A stretch of DNA of 64,000 nt from Bacteroidia bacterium (GTDB lineage Bacteria > Bacteroidota > Bacteroidia > Flavobacteriales > Flavobacteriaceae): NCBI GenBank assembly GCA_030427985.1, contig JAUIBH010000005.1, positions 11,766-75,765 on the forward strand, given 5' to 3'. The notes under the pieces are model-generated. The model was not told where the DNA came from, ran no database searches, and was given only the letters and a program-made list of their open reading frames with translations. Made by a program: the position numbers and the translations under genes. This document shows positions 18,138-26,243 of this stretch, in pieces; the stretch's first letter is position 1, and each line of letters begins with the position of its first letter.

Positions 18138-20220
18138 GTTCCAACTCCAATTTTCTATAGCTCTCCAAACGTTCCAATACACTTTTGGCATCTTCCAAAT
18201 AACTTTTGGCAAATGCTTCGGATGGTTCATTTTTATTCAGCTGAAGGGCCAAACTTTCAAAACTTCCATCAAAAGATACTTTTCCAGATGACACATAGAG
18301 TTCATCAAAATCCTTAATGATGCTAGCATGGGTATTCACCTTTTGTTTCTCCGCGGTCAACAATGCTTTGGCGGAATTCACAATGGATTGGTAAGAATAG
18401 TAGATGCTGGCCGCCCACTTTCCTTCTTCAAGGGCCTCCTCTGCATTTTCAATTTTTTCTTGGCTTTCCAAGAACAAGGTGGCCACCAAATCAACAATGA
18501 CCCCGGCACATTCCCCTATACCAATCTCTTTTCTATATTTTTCCTCATTTCCCCAATCGATAAAGTCTTCTGGGGTAAGGTTATCCACATCGGTAAGTGG
18601 TTTTAGGAAATCATAAAAATAATGCTGTCCTTGTTCGGCATAATAGTCTGTGAAAGACTTTCCATTGCCATTGGCCTCGAAATCATCCAAAATCAAGCGC
18701 AATGCTTGAGGGCCTCTTTTACTTGGAATTTTAGCAACTTTATCGGCAAATACACCTTTTCCGTTACCCAAATTTCCTCCACCCAATAACACTTGCAGTG
18801 CAGGAGCCACCAATTTATCCTTGGTACGAACGGACATTCCCTGAAACCCAATATGGGCCATATTGTGCTGTCCACAGGCGTTCATACAGCCACTTATTTT
18901 GATGGCCACATCTGGATTATTGATGTACTGTGGGTATTCAGCTTTTATTACACGCTCCAACTCATCAGCGATTCCGGTACTGCTGGCTATCCCCAAATTA
19001 CAGGTATCGGTTCCGGGGCATGCCGTAATGTCCAAAGCCTTGTTATAACCTGCTTCCACAAAGCCCAACTTCTTCAATTCCTGATAGAAAAAAGGAACCA
19101 ATTCCTCTTTTACAAAAGGAATCAATATATTTTGTCTGAGGGACAAACGAATCTCACCAGCGGCATAGTCCTGTACCAATTTGGCCAGTTCACGGGCTTT
19201 ATCGGTATAAAAATCACCCAAAAGCACCTTAATTCCGATAGCAACATAACCCTCTTGTTTCTGGGGCACCAGATTGGTAGATTTCCATTGCTCAAAAGCT
19301 TCCTTGTCCTCAATGGCGACTTCAGGGGTTTCCACCTCAGCTACCTTTGTCTCAGGATAATTTTCAATGTTGATCGGATAGGTTTGGTGTGGAACTGCGG
19401 TTTGCTCTTCTTCCAACAATTCTTTGAAACCATCCAGACCAATATCTTTCAACAAAAATTTCATTCGGGCCTTAGCACGACTTTTTCGTTCGCCGTATCG
19501 GTCAAAAACCCGAATTACACCTTCCATCAACGGGATAATCTTATCTGTTGGCAGAAAGCTGTACAATTCATCTGCATGACGAGGCTGGGAACCCAATCCA
19601 CCTGCCAACATCACTTTAAAACCTCTTTCCCCATTTTGAATCTTAGCGATAAAGCCTAAATCGTGCATATAGGAAAGTCCGGTATCTTCGTCACTGGCTG
19701 AAAAGGAAACCTTAAATTTTCGTCCCATTTCCTGTCCGATGGGATTTCTCAAAAAGTATTCAAAAACCGCATGGGCGTAAGGGGAAACATCAAAAGGTTC
19801 GTTGACATCGATACCTGCTGTTTCACTGGCAGTAACATTTCTCACCGTATTTCCACAGGCTTCACGAATCGTTACCTCATCTTTTTCCAATTGTGCCCAT
19901 AGTTCAGGTGTGCGTTCCAAGTCCACGTAGTGAATTTGGATATCTTGTCGGGTAGTGATATGCAAACGACCCCGAGAATATTCATCGGAAACATCAGAAA
20001 TTCGTATAAGTTGATTGGAGGTCACCTTTCCGTATGGTAATTTGATCCGTACCATTTGAACCCCAGGCTGACGCTGACCATAAACCCCGCGGGCCAGACG
20101 AAGACTTCTAAACTTTTCCTCGTCTACTTCACCGCCTTTAAACTGGCGAATTTTCCGTTCTAGGTCAATGATGTCCTTTTCGACTACTGGATTTTCTATT
20201 TCTGTTCTAAAGCTTTTCAT
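18130..20220 (-). CDS. Ferredoxin-type nitrite/sulfite reductase hemoprotein with a C-terminal HEPN domain
   Basis: HITTRQDIQ, ACGNTVRN, ACPGTDTC and SGCMNACG siroheme/4Fe-4S ligands. C-terminal HEPN-like helices (AASIYYSYQS...AKALL...THASII). Confidence 0.9.
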   Translation of the reverse strand: MKSFRTEIENPVVEKDIIDLERKIRQFKGGEVDEEKFRSLRLARGVYGQRQPGVQMVRIKLPYGKVTSNQLIRISDVSDEYSRGRLHITTRQDIQIHYVDLERTPELWAQLEKDEVTIREACGNTVRNVTASETAGIDVNEPFDVSPYAHAVFEYFLRNPIGQEMGRKFKVSFSASDEDTGLSYMHDLGFIAKIQNGERGFKVMLAGGLGSQPRHADELYSFLPTDKIIPLMEGVIRVFDRYGERKSRAKARMKFLLKDIGLDGFKELLEEEQTAVPHQTYPINIENYPETKVAEVETPEVAIEDKEAFEQWKSTNLVPQKQEGYVAIGIKVLLGDFYTDKARELAKLVQDYAAGEIRLSLRQNILIPFVKEELVPFFYQELKKLGFVEAGYNKALDITACPGTDTCNLGIASSTGIADELERVIKAEYPQYINNPDVAIKISGCMNACGQHNMAHIGFQGMSVRTKDKLVAPALQVLLGGGNLGNGKGVFADKVAKIPSKRGPQALRLILDDFEANGNGKSFTDYYAEQGQHYFYDFLKPLTDVDNLTPEDFIDWGNEEKYRKEIGIGECAGVIVDLVATLFLESQEKIENAEEALEEGKWAASIYYSYQSIVNSAKALLTAEKQKVNTHASIIKDFDELYVSSGKVSFDGSFESLALQLNKNEPSEAFAKSYLEDAKSVLERLESYRKLELEHA

Positions 20221-20228
20221 ATTTCTAT

Positions 20229-20253
20229 TTTTCCTATATGCTTAATAGGTTTA
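20229..20253. promoter_or_regulatory. Candidate Rrf2 operator 3 (upstream of sulfite reductase)
   Basis: TTTTCCTATATGCTTAATAGGTTTA, a CCTAT-N7-ATAGG palindrome. Confidence 0.55.
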
Positions 20254-20299
20254 ATAATGTCGTAAATCAATACACGCCCTTACTTATGGGTGGGCAATC

Positions 20300-20926
20300 T
20301 TATTGCAAATGGATTCCACATTCTCTGGTTTCCAACGCTTTTACCGGATCAAAATAGGTGCTGTTTTTTGGGAGATTATGCTCTTCCAAATACGCATCCA
20401 ATTCGTCATCGGTCCAATAATAAAAAGGGCTTACTTTAAGGATACCATCCTTACTGTAACTTAAAATGTCTTTGGAACTTCTTAATTCTGTTTGGCGAAT
20501 TCTAATATTGGTAAACCAGATATCTGGATTGTGTTCTGCCAAAGCTCTTCGGAAAGGTTCCAGCTTCACGATTTCGGTAAATTCGGCATGTTGCTCCGGT
20601 TGGTCAATTGTGGGAAAACCCAAACGATGCTCGGTATACGCTTTTGTTTCCTTTGGAACATAGGTATTGAGATTAAGATTGAGCAAAGAAGTTAAATACG
20701 AAGCATGCTCATAGGTTTCCGGCAGGTTATAGCCTGTATCACACCAAACCACATTTATTCCTGGGTCTATAGTGCTAAAGGTATTTAACAACACAGCCGA
20801 GTATTTTCCAAAACTTGTGGTAACAATTCTTTTTTGGGACAGTTGCAAGGCCCAACTAATGATTTCCTCGGGAGGTATCCCCCTGAATTGCTTATTATAG
20901 TAATCCAAATTTATATTTAGCGCCAT
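20300..20926 (-). CDS. cysH: Phosphoadenosine phosphosulfate reductase family protein (no Fe-S cysteine motif)
   Basis: TTSFG, DTGY, KLEPFRRAL and the C-terminal ECGIH catalytic motif. Confidence 0.88.
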   Translation of the reverse strand: MALNINLDYYNKQFRGIPPEEIISWALQLSQKRIVTTSFGKYSAVLLNTFSTIDPGINVVWCDTGYNLPETYEHASYLTSLLNLNLNTYVPKETKAYTEHRLGFPTIDQPEQHAEFTEIVKLEPFRRALAEHNPDIWFTNIRIRQTELRSSKDILSYSKDGILKVSPFYYWTDDELDAYLEEHNLPKNSTYFDPVKALETRECGIHLQ

Positions 20927-20933
20927 ATTATAT

Positions 20934-20967
20934 AATGTCTATCGTTTTAGTAGGAATTTCAAAAGTA
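20934..20967 (-). promoter_or_regulatory. cysH promoter -7 box (TACTTTTG, 20960-20967) with Rrf2 operator 1 (20934-20958) over the predicted start site
   Basis: AATGTCTATCGTTTTAGTAGGAATT lies directly downstream of the -7 box. Confidence 0.65.
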
Positions 20968-21013
20968 AAATTATTTTTTAGAACTAAAAGCAAAATGAAT
21001 CTTAAAATTACTT

Positions 21014-21038
21014 TTACCCTATAGTTTTAGTAGATTAT
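21014..21038. promoter_or_regulatory. Candidate Rrf2 operator 2
   Basis: TTACCCTATAGTTTTAGTAGATTAT shares CTATnGTTTTAGTAG with operator 1. Confidence 0.6.
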
Positions 21039-21104
21039 CTAATTTTCACACCTTCTTTTGTCAAATTCTTAATCATTTTAATCAAAAACAGGTATGAAAT
21101 TTAC

Positions 21105-21515
21105 TCAAGAAATTAGGTCGGCCAAGGTATTGTTCCGGTACACCTCCAAAGCGCTGTCCCTGACTTGAAGCATCAATTTGTGTACAGAGCACTCAACTTC
21201 ATCTGGGCAGTCATCGCATTTTTCGTAGAAATTTAAACTCACACAGGGTACCATGGCTATGGGACCTTCCAAAACCCGCATTACGGCCGTCATGGGAATT
21301 TCATGGGGTTCCTTAATGAGATAATAGCCTCCCCCCTTCCCTTTTTTGGAACCGAGGAATCCGTTCCGCCTGAGCGTGAGCAAAATACTTTCCAAAAACT
21401 TTTGGGAAATGTTCTCATGTTTGGCAATCTCAGCAATTTGAACAGGCTCTTTTGTTCCTACTGAAGCGAGATAGGTAAGCGCTTTTAGGCCATATTTTGT
21501 CTTCTTGGAGAGCAT
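21105..21515 (-). CDS. Rrf2-family transcriptional regulator
   Basis: MLSKKTKYGLKAL, ISQKFLESIL, GSKKGKGGGYYL and a Cys-rich C-terminus (C-x7-C-x2-C-x5-C). Confidence 0.93.
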   Translation of the reverse strand: MLSKKTKYGLKALTYLASVGTKEPVQIAEIAKHENISQKFLESILLTLRRNGFLGSKKGKGGGYYLIKEPHEIPMTAVMRVLEGPIAMVPCVSLNFYEKCDDCPDEVECSVHKLMLQVRDSALEVYRNNTLADLIS

Positions 21516-21572
21516 CCCACGAATATAGCGAAAATTAACAATCCGCCTTTAAAATATGTGAATGGCTCTCAA

Positions 21573-22745
21573 CTATTCCAAAGCTTGCTCAATATCGGCT
21601 ATAATGTCTTTGATGTTCTCCAACCCAACCGAAACACGAACCATACCATCTGAAATACCAACAGACTCACGATCTTCCTTGCTAAGTTTACTGTGTGTCG
21701 TAGATGCCGGATGCGTAACAATGCTTCTCGCATCCCCCAAATTTGCAGAAAGCGATAGTAATTCAATATTGTCAAAGAATTTTCGTCCAGCTTCAAGACC
21801 ACCTTTAACCTCAAAAGCCACTACACAACCGCCAGCCTTCATTTGTTTTTTGGCCAATTCGTGCTGCGGATGTGATTTTAGAAAAGGATATTTGACCCAT
21901 TCAATTTTCTCATGCCCTTCCAAATAGGTAGCCAATTCCAATGCGTTGGCACAATGCCTATCCACCCTAAGGGCCAACGTTTCCAAACTCTTGGACAACA
22001 CCCAAGCATTGAACGGTGAAAGTGCTGGACCCGTAATCCGTGAAAAACGGTATACCTTGTCAACCAACTCATTGCTACCTACGGTAATCCCAGCCAAAAC
22101 TCGGCCTTGACCGTCCATTAATTTGGTTCCGGAATGAATGACCAAATCGGCTCCAAACTTTATGGGTTGCTGTAGATAGGGTGATGCAAAACAGTTATCG
22201 ATAATAAAAATAAGCCCATGCTTTTTGGCGATATTTCCCAAACGTTCCAAATCCAACACATCTACCCCTGGATTGGTGGGTGATTCCACAAAAATAATTT
22301 TGGTTTTGGGCGTAATCAGACCCTCAACGGTATCCAAATCGTTAGCACCAAAATAGCTTGTGGTGATGTTCCACTTCGGAAAAATCTGGGTGAACAAGGT
22401 ATGTGTTGACCCAAAAACACTTTTGCAGGACACAATGTGATCTCCACTTTCCAACAAGGCAGCAAAAGTGGAATAAACGGCAGCCATTCCCGAGGCAAAG
22501 GCAAAACCGTTTTCGGCTCCTTCCATTTTACATACCTTATCTATAAACTCTGAGGAGTTAGGATTGGAGTACCTGGAATAAATGTTCCGGTCCTTTTCCT
22601 CTGCAAAAGAAGCCCGCATATCTTCCGCATCCTCAAATACAAAACTGGAGGTCAAATACATGGGAGTGGAATGTTCCAAATATTGGGTACGCTCCATTTG
22701 CGTTCGTATCGCTTCTGTTTCAAACTGCTTACTGCTCTTTCTCAT
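21573..22745 (-). CDS. metZ: Trans-sulfuration PLP enzyme, O-succinyl/acetylhomoserine sulfhydrylase (MetZ-like)
   Basis: YSRYSNP, ASGMAA, ESPTNP, DNCFASP, HSGTK (PLP Lys) and NLGD...HPASTTH. Confidence 0.8.
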   Translation of the reverse strand: MRKSSKQFETEAIRTQMERTQYLEHSTPMYLTSSFVFEDAEDMRASFAEEKDRNIYSRYSNPNSSEFIDKVCKMEGAENGFAFASGMAAVYSTFAALLESGDHIVSCKSVFGSTHTLFTQIFPKWNITTSYFGANDLDTVEGLITPKTKIIFVESPTNPGVDVLDLERLGNIAKKHGLIFIIDNCFASPYLQQPIKFGADLVIHSGTKLMDGQGRVLAGITVGSNELVDKVYRFSRITGPALSPFNAWVLSKSLETLALRVDRHCANALELATYLEGHEKIEWVKYPFLKSHPQHELAKKQMKAGGCVVAFEVKGGLEAGRKFFDNIELLSLSANLGDARSIVTHPASTTHSKLSKEDRESVGISDGMVRVSVGLENIKDIIADIEQALE

Positions 22746-25700
22746 ATCTTTTCTGCTATTCGTAATATATCACCAAATACCCCACGTGCGGTTACTGCAG
22801 CCCCTGCCCCAGCACCTTGAATCACCAAGGGGTTTTCTCCGTAGGATTCCGTATAAATCTCAATGATGGAATCCGAACCTTTTACCTGCCCCAAAGCACT
22901 TTCCTTGGGTACGGAAATTAATTTCACCTCCAATATACCCTTGTCTTGTTGCAAATCACCGTGGAGGTCCCCCACATATCTCAGCACATAGCCTTCTTCC
23001 TGATCATTCTTGATTTTCGCATAGATTTCATCCATCTCTCCAATGCGGGAGTTGAAATCTTCAAAGGAAAGTGTTCGCAACGCTTCGGGAATCAAATTTT
23101 CGACTGAAATATCCGAAAACTCGTTTTGCAAATCCAGTTCACGGGCCAAAATCAACAGTTTTCTACCCACATCATTTCCTGAAAGGTCTTCTCGTGGGTC
23201 GGGTTCTGTAAAACCTTTTTCCATCGCTTCTTTTATGATGGATGAAAACGAAGTATCAACTTCTGAAAAAGTATTGAATATATAACTCAAAGACCCGGAG
23301 AATACTCCTTTGATTCGGGTAATGTTCTCACCGGACAAGTGTAAAAGTTTAATAGTATCAATTAGTGGAAGTCCGGCCCCAACATTGGTTTCGTACAGGT
23401 ATTGTTTCTGATTTTTGTCCAAATTTTTTCGGATGGACTTATATTTTTCAAAACTGAGCGTGTTGGCTATTTTGTTTGAAGAAACCAAATCAAAACCATG
23501 CTTGATTAACGGTTCATAATTCTCCACAAACGGTTTGCTTGCCGTATTGTCCACCGCAATCAAGTTTTCTAAATGATGGGTTCTGGCAAAGGCTATAATA
23601 TCCTCAATTTGATAAGATTTCCCCTCTTTCTCTAATCGTTTTGCCCAATTTGAACCAATTCCCTTGGCATCCAAAAGCACTTTTTTAGAATTGGCCACGG
23701 CAAAAACTTTGAGGTCAATCCCTTTGCGGGCTTCAATGTTTTTGTTGGAATCCAACAGCTGCTCAATTAAAGTTCCTCCCACATTGCCATGTCCAAACAA
23801 GGCCAGATTGATTTTCTTCGAAATTCCAAAAATCTGACCATGAATTACGTTGATGGCCTTGTGCAAGTCCACATTTTTGACCACCATGCTCACATTTTTA
23901 CCTGTCACGGTATTGTTGAAAAGCAAGGGAATCACCTGATTTTTCACCAAGGCATTGAACGGTTTATGAAAGCTGCTCAAGTCCATTCCCACAATGGAAA
24001 TGACTGAAACATCCTTCACTACGGTTATCTGATTGATATCGTGCGATGAATAATCCGTCTCGAACTCTTGGTCCAACACTTTTTTGGCCTTTTGCGCTTT
24101 TGAAGCATCAACCACCAAACCAATCCCCCTTTCCGAAGAACCTTGGGAAATGATTCCTACGCTAATGCCATTTAGGCCCAAAGCCCTAAAAATCCGGGCG
24201 TCTATGCCTACTTTTCCCAAAAGTCCGCGTCCTTCCAGATTGATCAAAGCCATATGGTCCAAAACAGACAGGGATTTAATACCCCCATTATCCGTTTTAG
24301 GTCCGATCAACGTACCTTGGTTTTCATCATTGAAGGTGTTGCAAATCCGTAAGGGAATATTCTTTTCAATCAGCGGGATGATGGTCTTGGCGTGCAAGAT
24401 ATTAGCGCCAAAATTGGCCAATTCGTTGGCTTCATCGTAGGAGATGACATCAATCAGTTTCGCATCAGGCACCAAATCCGGATTAGCGGTGAAAATACCA
24501 TCCACATGAGTGTAATTGATCAATTCCGAGGCATCTAAAAAGTTGGCCAAAAGTGCCGCGGAATAGTTGGTGCCATTTCTGCCCAAGGTTGTTGTAACCC
24601 CCTCTTTGGTAGAGCCAATGAAACCAGTTACCACGGGAATGGTATCTGCATCCAAATCGTGGAAACAGCGAATCACATTTTCCTTGGAAATGCTTTGGTC
24701 CACCTCCGCATTATTGTGAACGTCATCGGTTTTGATCAAGCTTCTGGAATCAATCAACTGTGCTTTTAGCCCTTTTTGACTCAACAGTGCAGTAACTGTT
24801 TTTCCTGAAATCAATTCTCCAAAAGACAGCAATTCATCTTTGGTGCGAAGGCTATAATCACCAGTCAATGACACTCCGCTCAATATCTTTTCTATAGCTT
24901 TGAGTTCTGCTGTGAGGTCTACCCCAGAGAAATCGTTTTTTTGATAAATGGAGAAAGTTTCTAAATCATCAGCAAAACCCTCACCTCTAGCCGCTTTTTC
25001 CAACAGACTTTCCAACTGGTCCGTAGCCTTTCCACGAGCAGAAACCACAATGGCAAAGTGCTCATTGTCCTTTACCCTTTTGTCAATAATCTTCAAGACA
25101 CGTTCAATCCCCTCGCCATTGGCCAAGGATTTTCCTCCAAATTTTAAAATTTTGATGCGTTCGTGTTTTCCATTTTTTTGAAAAACGGTTTCCAACAATT
25201 TCTCCAACTGCTCAAATTCCATCAAAAAGGCATCGTGTCCATGCACCGATTGCACCTCGCCATAAGTGACATTGGTATTGGCCTGGGCCAACCGTTTAAA
25301 AGTCTCCTTGTTTTCTTCGGCCGTGAAGAACAAATCAGAATTGACCCCAACTATATGAATCTTGGTATCGCTATCCTGAAGCGCTTTGAAGGATTCGTCC
25401 CCATTTCGGGTAATGTCGATGGTTTTCAAAAGCTGATTCATCAATTTATATGCGGATAATTGAAAGCGTTCCTGCAATTTCTTCCCATGATGCATCAACC
25501 AGCTCTCCACATTAAAAACCTGAAGCTCCTCATTGGTACTCCGTTTGAAGCGTTCCTTGAAGGATTCAGGGGTCCGATAGCACAACATCGCATGCATACG
25601 GGCATCATGAACGGGCTGTTTGGAATTCACCAAAAACTGCTCTTGAATCTGGCAGTTGGCAATCAACCAATCGGTGGATTTCCAATCGGAAGCTACTGGA

Positions 25701-26128
25701 ATCAGATGTTCCGTAATAGACGGATTCAACGCAGCCATCTCCCATGCAATTCCGCCTCCTAAAGAACCGCCAATAATGGCGAACAATCGATCAATTTGCA
25801 ATTGCTCCAATCCTAAAAGGAATATGCGGGCAATATCACCGGCCACAAAATCCTTATAATTTTCAATGATAAAACCATCATACCCATTACCTGGGATATT
25901 AAAAGCCAAAATGGTATAGGTATCGGTATTGATGCATTTGCCCTGCCCTATTAAATCGGACCACCAACCGTCTTCACCGGCAACATTGGAGTTTCCAGTC
26001 AAGGCATGGTTTACCAAGACAATTGGAGCTGAACCCAGGGATCGACCAAAAAGTTGATATGACAACTTCAAGTCTTGGGTTACACCACTTTGGGTAGTAA
26101 ATTGTTCTATGTTCAGATGCTGCAGCAT
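22742..26128 (-). CDS. Triple fusion: homoserine O-acetyltransferase (MetX-type alpha/beta hydrolase) + aspartokinase/ACT + homoserine dehydrogenase
   Basis: N-terminal HALTG, GGSLGG and HGHDAFL. Middle KFGGKSL and TTLGRNG. C-terminal GHGNVG, YETNVGAGLP and TEPDPREDLSG. One uninterrupted 1128-aa ORF. Confidence 0.9.
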   Translation of the reverse strand: MLQHLNIEQFTTQSGVTQDLKLSYQLFGRSLGSAPIVLVNHALTGNSNVAGEDGWWSDLIGQGKCINTDTYTILAFNIPGNGYDGFIIENYKDFVAGDIARIFLLGLEQLQIDRLFAIIGGSLGGGIAWEMAALNPSITEHLIPVASDWKSTDWLIANCQIQEQFLVNSKQPVHDARMHAMLCYRTPESFKERFKRSTNEELQVFNVESWLMHHGKKLQERFQLSAYKLMNQLLKTIDITRNGDESFKALQDSDTKIHIVGVNSDLFFTAEENKETFKRLAQANTNVTYGEVQSVHGHDAFLMEFEQLEKLLETVFQKNGKHERIKILKFGGKSLANGEGIERVLKIIDKRVKDNEHFAIVVSARGKATDQLESLLEKAARGEGFADDLETFSIYQKNDFSGVDLTAELKAIEKILSGVSLTGDYSLRTKDELLSFGELISGKTVTALLSQKGLKAQLIDSRSLIKTDDVHNNAEVDQSISKENVIRCFHDLDADTIPVVTGFIGSTKEGVTTTLGRNGTNYSAALLANFLDASELINYTHVDGIFTANPDLVPDAKLIDVISYDEANELANFGANILHAKTIIPLIEKNIPLRICNTFNDENQGTLIGPKTDNGGIKSLSVLDHMALINLEGRGLLGKVGIDARIFRALGLNGISVGIISQGSSERGIGLVVDASKAQKAKKVLDQEFETDYSSHDINQITVVKDVSVISIVGMDLSSFHKPFNALVKNQVIPLLFNNTVTGKNVSMVVKNVDLHKAINVIHGQIFGISKKINLALFGHGNVGGTLIEQLLDSNKNIEARKGIDLKVFAVANSKKVLLDAKGIGSNWAKRLEKEGKSYQIEDIIAFARTHHLENLIAVDNTASKPFVENYEPLIKHGFDLVSSNKIANTLSFEKYKSIRKNLDKNQKQYLYETNVGAGLPLIDTIKLLHLSGENITRIKGVFSGSLSYIFNTFSEVDTSFSSIIKEAMEKGFTEPDPREDLSGNDVGRKLLILARELDLQNEFSDISVENLIPEALRTLSFEDFNSRIGEMDEIYAKIKNDQEEGYVLRYVGDLHGDLQQDKGILEVKLISVPKESALGQVKGSDSIIEIYTESYGENPLVIQGAGAGAAVTARGVFGDILRIAEKI

Positions 26129-26174
26129 TCTAAGTATAAATTACAAATATTCTTTCATGAAACATCTAGAAAAC

Positions 26175-26217
26175 TCCTTCGACTGTCTGCCTGCGGCAGG
26201 CGATTGCTCAGGATAAC
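26175..26217. repeat. Nested palindromic repeat
   Basis: TCCTTCGACT...GCTCAGGA (same family as 17320) interrupted by GCCTGCGGCAGGC. Confidence 0.65.
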
Positions 26218-26243
26218 ATCTGGATGTTACATCCTTGTTTCAT

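Noticed and set aside
18130-18160. R-x5-H (RKLELEH) at the end of the HEPN domain, resembling the HEPN RNase motif
   Set aside because: It is at the extreme C-terminus rather than the catalytic position, and the His codon is the overlap with the cobA ATG.
18138-18230. N-terminal extension of cobA in the ORF track (similar extensions on SDR1, AraC, metY, tonB, DJ-1, CBM48 and 2TM)
   Set aside because: The extensions overlap upstream genes, terminators or promoters. Downstream ATGs match the family N-termini better.
18793-19659. Long antisense ORFs (288 aa here; also 38426-39172, 9135-9761 and 30257-30838)
   Set aside because: They lie opposite well-conserved genes and have no recognisable motifs. 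Codon bias of the sense gene explains them.
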